A stretch of DNA of 58,929 nucleotides, filler included, from an uncultured bacterium (GTDB lineage: Bacteria; DAOPZR01), in assembly GCA_964637655.1 (NCBI GenBank). It is 4 parts of 4 records of this genome, joined end to end, with 100 filler letters (N's around TTAATTAATTAA, not from the genome) between each part and the next. Parts side by side here need not be neighbours in the genome. Positions count along the whole stretch, not along the records: positions 44,387 to 58,929 come from CAZWUZ010000067.1; 3 more parts are not named here. The stretch is one strand, 5' to 3'. The position numbers and the translations under genes are program-made. A model generated the notes under the pieces. It had not been told where the DNA came from. It saw only the letters and a list, made by a program, of their open reading frames with translations, and ran no database searches. Positions within the stretch are counted from its first letter, which is position 1; the number at the start of each line of letters is the position of its first letter. Below, one piece after another: positions 51,845 to 58,929 of this stretch.

Positions 51845-52738
51845 ATGCAATCGACCAGAATAACTGGCGGGTGGCATACGGCACAACGCAACCCGTTGTA
51901 TCGCGCCGGTTCATTGAGCGACGCGGAAGGACGTGCCATACACTGGCATTCGCCTGACAGCCCGCACTCGTCGCAGATTTTCTGCATTTCCGCGTTCGGT
52001 TCGCTGCGTGGCCTGCCGGACCGTGACCGCATCCTGGCACAACTCTTCGCCGGCATCCTTCCGCGCGGCGCAGCATGCGGTCCTTGGCATGTGCAGCCGG
52101 AATTCCACGATCCTTCCCGCCTCGGTGAGACCAGTGCCGGGCAGCCATCCGTTATTGACGTGTTCTGTCATTCCGCCGATGCTGCCGTTTGCCTCGAAGC
52201 GAAATTCCTTACTGATGCCCGGCATGGTTTTGGCGGCTGCAGTCAGTGCGGGCGCGGGTATTGCGCGGGTTATTACGGGGTAGGGTCAGACCTCAAAACC
52301 GGCACTGACGCACACTGCCGCCTTGCCATAGGCGACGGCAAGCGCACTCCGCGCCGCTACTGGGAAGCAGGACGTCAGTATTTCCGCGCTGCGGTATACA
52401 CCTCGCAGCGCAGCGGCGAAACCTGCCCGTTTGCCGGCCCGAATTTTCAATTGATGCGCAATTTTCTATTCGCCGCAAAGAGCGGGCTACCGCATTTCGG
52501 CCTGCTCGTCATCGTCCCGCGAACGCTGATGGCATCCTGCGCAGAACAGCTGGAGATATTCCATACGACCATCCTGCGCCCGGAACATCAGTCCCGGGTT
52601 GCACTTGTCACCTACGAGACTGTGATCAGCTACCTGCGTGAATCAGCTTGTGACGCCAGTAGGCAATTGGGTGATTTTCTCCGAACCGGTCTGCATGAAA
52701 CTATTCACAAAGACAGCTGTTCCCGTAAAGGAGAATAG
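51845..52738 (+). CDS. PD-(D/E)XK-fold nuclease-like protein, Cys-rich (PGN_0703-like, tentative)
   Basis: SSQIFC, SVIDV, LEAKF, RYWE, TCP and FQLMRN. Confidence 0.7.
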   Translation: MQSTRITGGWHTAQRNPLYRAGSLSDAEGRAIHWHSPDSPHSSQIFCISAFGSLRGLPDRDRILAQLFAGILPRGAACGPWHVQPEFHDPSRLGETSAGQPSVIDVFCHSADAAVCLEAKFLTDARHGFGGCSQCGRGYCAGYYGVGSDLKTGTDAHCRLAIGDGKRTPRRYWEAGRQYFRAAVYTSQRSGETCPFAGPNFQLMRNFLFAAKSGLPHFGLLVIVPRTLMASCAEQLEIFHTTILRPEHQSRVALVTYETVISYLRESACDASRQLGDFLRTGLHETIHKDSCSRKGE

Positions 52739-52741
52739 TAG

Positions 52742-53350
52742 ATGAAGATCATCGAGAACGTTATCGCTGAGTTCTGCCGCGATTTTGTCCGGCACCCGTA
52801 TTACTGCTACACCGAACACGGTATACACGCCGCATTCTACGCCAATCTTGCGACAGCGCTGCCGAATAAATATGCCGTGTGGAACGACCAGCGTGTCGGC
52901 CTCGTGCAGAAGGAGTATCCGACCGCCACCGCGCTCGGTAAGCCGCGACGCCAGCATTGGGATATCGCCGTGCTGGCCAACCCGTTGCGCCCGGTGAAAT
53001 CCCGGCCGGCCGGTGCACCGGAATATGACTACCTGCATCTCGACGCTGCCATCGAATTCTCACTGAATGAGGGAGAAAACCACCTGACCGATGACCTGCA
53101 GCGCCTCGAGCAGGCCGAGTATGTCGCCAACCCATATATCGTCCAACTCTACCGCCTGTCGCCTGCCGGGGCGCGCTTCTCCGGACGTGACCGTTCCCCG
53201 GATAGCAGCCACATCGTTCCTCTTGAATCCGTGGTTCGCCTGTCAAAGAAGTACCGTGCGACGGTATTTTACGCGCGTGCTGATGCAGCAGACAGCACGT
53301 CAAACGGCATTTGGCGTATTGCCGCGAGCCGAACGAGCACAATCAGCTGA
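52742..53350 (+). CDS. PD-(D/E)XK-fold nuclease-like protein (E-x-S variant)
   Basis: TEHGIH, KEYPT, WDIAVL, AIEFSLN and DDLQRL. Confidence 0.6.
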   Translation: MKIIENVIAEFCRDFVRHPYYCYTEHGIHAAFYANLATALPNKYAVWNDQRVGLVQKEYPTATALGKPRRQHWDIAVLANPLRPVKSRPAGAPEYDYLHLDAAIEFSLNEGENHLTDDLQRLEQAEYVANPYIVQLYRLSPAGARFSGRDRSPDSSHIVPLESVVRLSKKYRATVFYARADAADSTSNGIWRIAASRTSTIS

Positions 53351-53405
53351 TTTCTGCCTGCCTTTATCTTTCCCCCGAGGCTCTCCGCTATCCCGTGTCG
53401 CCCGG

Positions 53406-54185
53406 TCAGCAGCCACCTGGAGCGCTCATGCCGTAGCGCGCACTGAGCCATGCGCGCAGTTCATCATCGCAGGCGGCGATGATCTGCTGCCAGTAGACCA
53501 CCCTGCACTTCTGCCGCAACGACACATCGCGCAGGCAGGCAACAGTCGTTGTGTAGCGGGCGACAAGATCGTCGCGTCGTTCATCGCAAAGCAGCACATG
53601 GGCCCGGCCGTGCTGCATTGACGCGAGCAGGTTCCTGATCACCTGGTAATTGTCGTATTCTTCTCCTGCCCGGGGGAGCCGGTCGACATGAAACGCTGCC
53701 TGCAGGCCGTCGTAACTTTCCACCACTTCAGCGCGTTTGCGAGTAAAGTCGGTTTCCGTCAGTTTCGCCTCGCAGAACACGCCCGGAACAGCTAGGTCGA
53801 TTTCCGTCGCGTCTTTGCACCCGCCGGCAATGGACACGCCCGCGAGGTAGCCGAAGGTTATCTCAGACAGGTCGCTACCCAGCAATTCCTGAACACCCTT
53901 CCATGTTGCCACGCGGGGATGGCAGAAGATGTTCATGAGCAGCGCATCGCTGCTGTTTGATGATTGCATTTCTTTGGCCCCGGGGACATTCTGATGCAGT
54001 TTTTCCGTGCGCATGTGCCATTGCGGGTTGCGGGTAATGGTTTCCCATACGGTCGGATGGAATGAATCTGCCACCTTGTCGAACAGCACCGCCGAGGCAT
54101 GCGTGGCGTCAACCGGCATCGGTATGCTCTTCGCGTATGTCACCGCTGCATCCCGTATACTTTGTTTCTGCTCTTGCACGTTCAT
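53406..54185 (-). CDS. PD-(D/E)XK-fold nuclease-like protein (PGN_0703-like, tentative)
   Basis: SSDALLMNIF, TEIDL, CEAKLTETDF and YQVIRN; AGGAGG SD. Confidence 0.7.
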   Translation of the reverse strand: MNVQEQKQSIRDAAVTYAKSIPMPVDATHASAVLFDKVADSFHPTVWETITRNPQWHMRTEKLHQNVPGAKEMQSSNSSDALLMNIFCHPRVATWKGVQELLGSDLSEITFGYLAGVSIAGGCKDATEIDLAVPGVFCEAKLTETDFTRKRAEVVESYDGLQAAFHVDRLPRAGEEYDNYQVIRNLLASMQHGRAHVLLCDERRDDLVARYTTTVACLRDVSLRQKCRVVYWQQIIAACDDELRAWLSARYGMSAPGGC

Positions 54186-54203
54186 TGTGCACCTCCTGCC
54201 GAC

Positions 54204-54233
54204 ATATACGGCCAGGAACACGCAGGCGTTGCA
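54204..54233 (-). promoter_or_regulatory. TGCAACG-N17-GTATAT motif, copy 2
   Basis: Upstream of the start at 54185. Confidence 0.65.
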
Positions 54234-54256
54234 TTTTTTTCACCTTCAGCGTTGCC

Positions 54257-54286
54257 TGCAACGCCTGTCCAAACAGACGAGTATAT
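54257..54286 (+). promoter_or_regulatory. TGCAACG-N17-GTATAT motif, copy 3
   Basis: Upstream of the FlhA-fragment gene, back-to-back with copy 2. Confidence 0.65.
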
Positions 54287-54351
54287 ACGTGGAGGAGAAA
54301 GAGACAAAGGCAAGAACAGCGCTATGCGCGCCTCATCAAGAGGGGGATTGT

Positions 54352-54813
54352 ATGGCTGACGCGAGAAAATTAAACGAATGGCTCACGGATGAACTGGAAA
54401 TATCACTCAGTCCGCTGCTGGTACTGCTGGTCGATCACGATGCCGGGGGCGACCTGCTCGAGCGGGTAGTGCGGATGCGGCAAGCCCTGCAGGATATCCT
54501 GCTGCACGATGTTCCGCCAATCCGCATACGCGACCGCAAGGAACTGCACCCGCATGAATATGCGTTCCACTTCAACGGCCGGTTGCAGGGGAGCGATTTC
54601 GCGTATCCTGACCGGTTGCTGGCCTCGGGCACACCACAGCAGCTTGCCGGCCTGCACGGCAAGGCCGTCGCGCATCCCGTCACCGGCACCCCGGGCGTGT
54701 GGATTGCGCCCGGCGAGCGTATGCGGGCCGTTCAGACGGGCTGCACTGTCGAACCCCCGTCAGAACTGATTGTCAGCCATTTCCAGTCAATCTACGAAGC
54801 AGAGAGCCACTAA
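54352..54813 (+). CDS. Stand-alone FlhA/FHIPEP cytoplasmic-domain fragment
   Basis: LEI...LVD..AGGDLLERV..MR....VPPIRIRD..L.P.EY...PDRLLA...PVTG.PGVWI...G.TV...IVSH matches the FlhA cytoplasmic D1-D2 pattern. No TM domain. Confidence 0.75.
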   Translation: MADARKLNEWLTDELEISLSPLLVLLVDHDAGGDLLERVVRMRQALQDILLHDVPPIRIRDRKELHPHEYAFHFNGRLQGSDFAYPDRLLASGTPQQLAGLHGKAVAHPVTGTPGVWIAPGERMRAVQTGCTVEPPSELIVSHFQSIYEAESH

Positions 54814-54839
54814 CAGCATCCGCCCGTCAAGGCGATTTC

Positions 54840-55541
54840 CTATTTTCGCGGCGGCATCTGATTGGCGTTGAGCAGGCAGATGCTGGCCTGCTGTTTCAGC
54901 CATTGCCGGAATTCCTTGGCCGCCGGGGTGCCGACGGTGCCGATCGCTTCGGCGATATCCTCCCAGGTCAGGACAAAGGTCGGGATAATGGTCCCGCCGT
55001 CGGTTGCAGCATTGCGTTCAAGCCAGTCGCAGAGGCGGTTCAACTGCGAACCTTTCTGCCGGCGTGCCTTGGCATTACTGACCGCTTGCCACTTCTTTTC
55101 GGCAACGACAAGACAATGGCCAGCATGGTCGATTGCCTGGCTGGCCTGTATCCCCTCAACCCGCTCAATTTCCAGCAGGATATCCGCGCAAAAACTCCAG
55201 TCGGTATTGGCTTTTGCTTTGATGGTCAGCAGGGTATTCCCCTTTTGGTTCCATACCGCGACATCACAATACTCACCCGCATCTGTTTCCGCCCGAACAA
55301 TGTCATGGAGGTTATTATCAAACGACACCACCAATTTTTCGTCAGCCGCAAACAGGCCGGACAGGTCTTCGGCAACACCCACGGTATCCGGTAGCACCTG
55401 CTGCAACCGGTTACGCACCTGCAGAAAGCTTTTCGTCCATTCGGCATCGCTGAAGATTGCGGTGAACACCTTGGCATACAAATTTCGCTCGTCCCGATTC
55501 CAATTTGAAGGATGCCGCGGATTCGTTGAGAAAGTCGCCAT
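54840..55541 (-). CDS. PD-(D/E)XK-like protein with K in place of the catalytic E
   Basis: ERNL...EYCDVAVW...LLTIKAK...LTWEDI. Confidence 0.55.
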   Translation of the reverse strand: MATFSTNPRHPSNWNRDERNLYAKVFTAIFSDAEWTKSFLQVRNRLQQVLPDTVGVAEDLSGLFAADEKLVVSFDNNLHDIVRAETDAGEYCDVAVWNQKGNTLLTIKAKANTDWSFCADILLEIERVEGIQASQAIDHAGHCLVVAEKKWQAVSNAKARRQKGSQLNRLCDWLERNAATDGGTIIPTFVLTWEDIAEAIGTVGTPAAKEFRQWLKQQASICLLNANQMPPRK

Positions 55542-55672
55542 GATACAACCTCCTTTGCCGTCAGTTTTTTACCTGTCTGCAACCATAACGCAAGGGCAGC
55601 GTGCTCCAGTTCATGATCATGCGTAATCGTACATATTTTCACTTGTTACTGCAATTACACGAATTCGATGAT

Positions 55673-58015
55673 TCACGCCCCGCATCCTGTCACTGACTTG
55701 AGGAAGTAATCGCTCTCGGATTCTCGCCGCTCCTGCCATGCCCGGGCATAGGCCTCGGGATGGTATGTGTTCAGCCAGGCGGTGCGATACGCCAGCAGTG
55801 CATACGCAACGCCATGAGCCTTGCACTGAACCCATGTGCTTCTCTGCGCAAGGTATTGGAACATACCGGCAAGTTGCTCGTGAGCTATGCCGTTCTTCAT
55901 GCCACAGGCGATAAACTCGTCCCTTATGTCGGTCTGCTCCCTGTCGCCATGGCGCAGTTTTTTCCGAAACTGTTCCGCTGCAAGCAGGGAACTGCCCATC
56001 AACCGCGCCAATACCTGTATCAGTTGCTCCCGGTAGATAAGCACACCGTTCGTTTCCGCCAGTTCCATGGCGATGGCAGGATGACCCGGAGCGATGACAG
56101 ACCCGCCACACATCTGCTGCAGGCATTTGTTGGTTGTGCCGTTCGCCAGCAGTTCACTCCGTTGCAGCGAGATGAACGCAGCCAGTTCAGTGAAATTGCG
56201 TGGCGGGTACAAGGCCAGGTATTCTCGGGCCTGTTCTGCACCAACCAGAAACACCCCCTCGGTGCACGTCGTCGGCAGAGCGCGATAGACCTCCGCATCA
56301 TCCGGCGATAACGACCTCAATTCCTCGACGCTCATTCCGATTTCAGCAAGGCAGCGCCTGATTGCCGTCAGGGTTGTTAGCGCCAGCACGTTGACATTCA
56401 CCAACGCCAGCGGATTTTCATTGACCTTTTGCAGGTGTTCGAAGCAATCCCGGTCGTAGTGGAGCACCCGCTCTCCGGTTTCACGACAGCGTAATGGCAC
56501 GATTTCAGACAACGTACGCCCGGCAATGACATTGCTGGAATGCCAATAGGTCGTGCGGCGCACTATCCCCTCAAGGCGGCAGGCGTAATCGATCCACGCG
56601 CGCAGATGTTCATCAGCGCCATTGGCAATTGCCGCACACTGCGGCACGCTGATGACTGCTTCCGGTAAACGCATGCCTGCCGGGATTGCTTTCGCCACTT
56701 CCCCGGCAATCTCCGTTGGGACTCCCATAACCTTCGCGACATCACGCAGTATCTGTTTGGACCTGTTGATTGTCCGTGCCGACATGTGCGCCACCCGGCT
56801 ACACCCGTATAAGTTGCTAATCGTGTCGAATACTTCGTCATGCCGGGCCGCGTCAACATCAATATCAACGTTTGGCAGCCCATTGCCTGCCAGGAATTGT
56901 TCGGGCTGCAGGCCATAACGCAGCGGGTCGATTTCCGTGATGCGCAGCAGATAATTGACGATGCTACCGCCTGCGGCACCCCGCCCCGGCCCGACCAGTA
57001 TCCCCCTCCGGCGCAACGCCACAACAATATCCTTTACCATCAGCAGATAGCCGGCGCCGGCAGCACTGAGCATTGCCAGTTCCTGCTCGAAACGCTTTCG
57101 GGGTGCCGGTTCATTATCGACGTACAAGCGCGGCAGCTCCTCCAGGCAGAACGCACGTAGCGTGGCAATGCTGATATCTGCATGCGATTTATCCGGCTGA
57201 GGCATTACCCGATGAACCCGGCAGCGCTCTGCAATAGTTGTCGTGTTTGCTATTGCCTCTGGCACATCGTGGAATAGCTCATGCATTTCCGCCGCACTGC
57301 GCAGATGGTAGGTTCCGGTTTCCGCACGACATGCAACGCCATCAAGCAATGCGTAATGAACCGGTAACAACGCGTTATCATCCGGTGTTATGCAGCGGAC
57401 GATAGCAGCAGCCACCAGCGGGATGCCCGTCCGTTCATGCAGGAAAAGCAACCCGGCATTCATGTCCTGTTCGCCGGGCACGCCATTGCGCGTCATTTCG
57501 AGATAGAAATCATCCCTGCCGAAATGATCGCGATATGCCACCGCTGCTGTTTCCGCCGCTGCCATGTTGCCGTCGAGGATATGCCGCGCCACCTCGCCAC
57601 CAAGGCCGCCGCTCAGGGCAATCAGTCCTTCGGCATATTGTTGCAATACCCTGCGCCTGACTACCAGACGTTCCCCGCGTACCAGATTGTCTTCGTGCGA
57701 TACCAGTTGTAGCAGGTTGGCATAGCCGGTCGCATTTTCCACCAGCAGTACCAGGGTCAGGGTTTCTCCGTTTGGCGCATCCATCACCTGCACTTCGCAG
57801 CCGGTCAAAACATTGATCCCCGTTTCGACCGACTGCTGTGACAGGATAAATGCGCCATGGAGATCACCGGTGTCAGTCACAGCGATATGGCCCATCCCCT
57901 GCGCTGTCACCGCCTGCAGCAGTGGCCCTTTCTCACCCGGTTTACCCACACGGCATATGCCGCGGTACGGTGAATATTCCGTCTGCACATGCAAATGCAC
58001 TATGCTTTTCTTCAT
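55673..58015 (-). CDS. Degenerate, C-terminally truncated DNA polymerase III alpha (DnaE)-like protein
   Basis: HLHVQTEYS, GCE, GYANL, VGPGRG, ITEIDPL, DID, IYREQ and KAHGVAYALLAYRTAWL. About 780 aa, with catalytic motifs altered. Confidence 0.85.
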   Translation of the reverse strand: MKKSIVHLHVQTEYSPYRGICRVGKPGEKGPLLQAVTAQGMGHIAVTDTGDLHGAFILSQQSVETGINVLTGCEVQVMDAPNGETLTLVLLVENATGYANLLQLVSHEDNLVRGERLVVRRRVLQQYAEGLIALSGGLGGEVARHILDGNMAAAETAAVAYRDHFGRDDFYLEMTRNGVPGEQDMNAGLLFLHERTGIPLVAAAIVRCITPDDNALLPVHYALLDGVACRAETGTYHLRSAAEMHELFHDVPEAIANTTTIAERCRVHRVMPQPDKSHADISIATLRAFCLEELPRLYVDNEPAPRKRFEQELAMLSAAGAGYLLMVKDIVVALRRRGILVGPGRGAAGGSIVNYLLRITEIDPLRYGLQPEQFLAGNGLPNVDIDVDAARHDEVFDTISNLYGCSRVAHMSARTINRSKQILRDVAKVMGVPTEIAGEVAKAIPAGMRLPEAVISVPQCAAIANGADEHLRAWIDYACRLEGIVRRTTYWHSSNVIAGRTLSEIVPLRCRETGERVLHYDRDCFEHLQKVNENPLALVNVNVLALTTLTAIRRCLAEIGMSVEELRSLSPDDAEVYRALPTTCTEGVFLVGAEQAREYLALYPPRNFTELAAFISLQRSELLANGTTNKCLQQMCGGSVIAPGHPAIAMELAETNGVLIYREQLIQVLARLMGSSLLAAEQFRKKLRHGDREQTDIRDEFIACGMKNGIAHEQLAGMFQYLAQRSTWVQCKAHGVAYALLAYRTAWLNTYHPEAYARAWQERRESESDYFLKSVTGCGA

Positions 58016-58070
58016 CTTGCCCTCAGCCATTTGGACCGTCTTATGCTCCTGAATCAACCGCCTCTGTTTC

Positions 58071-58190
58071 CTATAGTAATGGCCAGCAGGCGCTTGGGGC
58101 GGCACGAAACACCAGCCATGCGCACAGCACAATATTGGCGACGAATTCGATGCCAATGGGCGTGTAGTTGATGTGTTTGAGCATTTCCAT
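58071..58190 (-). CDS. Small hydrophobic peptide (39 aa) upstream of the DnaE-like gene
   Basis: AGGAGG SD followed by MEMLKHINYTPIGIEFVANIVLCAWLVFRAAPSACWPLL. Confidence 0.5.
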   Translation of the reverse strand: MEMLKHINYTPIGIEFVANIVLCAWLVFRAAPSACWPLL

Positions 58191-58218
58191 GATCGCCTCC
58201 TGTCCGTACTCTATGGAT

Positions 58219-58248
58219 ATATACCGTCACCGGGCGCCTGGCGTTGCA
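58219..58248 (-). promoter_or_regulatory. TGCAACG-N17-GTATAT motif, copy 4
   Basis: Upstream of the small peptide and DnaE-like genes. Confidence 0.65.
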
Positions 58249-58268
58249 CACAATTTCTTGCCGCCTGT

Positions 58269-58298
58269 TGCAACGAATCCCGCCTGAGGGGCGTATAT
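58269..58298 (+). promoter_or_regulatory. TGCAACG-N17-GTATAT motif, copy 5
   Basis: Back-to-back with copy 4; points to the remnant at 58370 and the gene at 58530. Confidence 0.6.
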
Positions 58299-58369
58299 TG
58301 CCTTAGAGACCGGGCGATCTGCAGTAATATCTGTCAATAGTACTACCGGATCACGTCGTTGCTTGCGGT

Positions 58370-58477
58370 GCAATTGCCGCCGAGGGGACTCCGGCAGCCA
58401 GGGAATTCCAGCAATGGCTGAAACACCAGTCCGGCATCTGCCAGCTCGGTTGCAGCCAGATGCCGCCAAAGAAATGA
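58370..58477 (+). pseudogene. Inverted, diverged copy of the C-terminus of gene 54840-55541
   Basis: Encodes AIAAEGTPAAREFQQWLKHQSGICQLGCSQMPPKK*, versus AIGTVGTPAAKEFRQWLKQQASICLLNANQMPPRK*. No in-frame ATG back to the upstream TAA at 58325. Confidence 0.8.
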
Positions 58478-58529
58478 GATAGCACGTGGAGCAAAACAAC
58501 ACGCGCGTACAAATTCAGGAGGATTGCCA

Positions 58530-58904
58530 ATGAGTGTATTCAAGCCAAAGAGTGGAGAAACAGTAGCGACAGGAAATGCGGAAATGCGCGCAGCAGCATT
58601 GCTCACCGATGAACGTTTGCGTCAGTGTGCATTCTGCCCGGCTGCCGGTGAGGATTATCAGACACTGCAACGCCTGGTTGAACGCCATGCAGACATTATC
58701 TACCTCGACATCGAGATGCAGTATCTGTTCAACGCGTATGGTGCTGAGTCCATCGGCGGATATCGGGTCATCCGGCGGGAATTGACAACGCTTGACGTCG
58801 TGTCAGGGCGCAACAAAAACTGTGACAGCGAGTACATTGCTGCCATTGATCAGAAGATCCAGAAAACGTATTCACCTGATCTCCGGCCCGTTTTTATCCA
58901 CTAG
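58530..58904 (+). CDS. Hypothetical protein
   Basis: AGGAGG SD; 124-aa ORF. Confidence 0.65.
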   Translation: MSVFKPKSGETVATGNAEMRAAALLTDERLRQCAFCPAAGEDYQTLQRLVERHADIIYLDIEMQYLFNAYGAESIGGYRVIRRELTTLDVVSGRNKNCDSEYIAAIDQKIQKTYSPDLRPVFIH

Positions 58905-58929
58905 GCTCTTGATTCCTGCCATAGTATAG

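Noticed and set aside
55673-58156. Calling the DnaE-like ORF the replicative dnaE or dnaE2, with the start at 58156
   Set aside because: Catalytic residues and C-terminal domains are missing and there is no imuAB. The extension to 58156 uses a TTG and overlaps a small ORF with a better SD.

Overview
The window is not continuous DNA. It is four assembly pieces joined by artificial N-TTAATTAATTAA-N linkers (14831-14930, 29643-29742, 44287-44386), plus a 100-N gap at 28148-28247, from a GC-rich bacterium (probably a MAG). Piece A (1-14830): TPR gene, mreBCD-mrdA-rodA, radical SAM pair and RNase E/G gene, opposed by a glycosyltransferase/wecB/methyltransferase cluster. Piece B (14931-29642): an ssnA-def-fmt-DUF116-PHP phosphatase-(BrxA-like)-GNAT-thrC-nth operon, a low-GC insert, a FecR-GspG fusion, and a glycosyltransferase and radical SAM/SPASM gene separated by a 72-bp tandem repeat. 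Piece C (29743-44286): htrA, clpB, hcp with a Crp/Fnr regulator, smc, and wza/wzc-like genes. Piece D (44387-58929) is the unusual part. It holds about ten predicted PD-(D/E)XK-fold nuclease genes with no methyltransferase, an RNase J-like MBL hydrolase, a long intact but apparently catalytically dead DnaE homologue, a stand-alone FlhA cytoplasmic fragment, small hydrophobic ORFs and three diverged gene remnants. A motif TGCAACG-N17-GTATAT occurs five times, upstream of the MBL gene, a nuclease, the FlhA fragment, the dead DnaE and the last transcription unit. This looks like a co-regulated, rapidly turning-over defence/conflict island. All family assignments come from motif recognition by eye, not from database searches.
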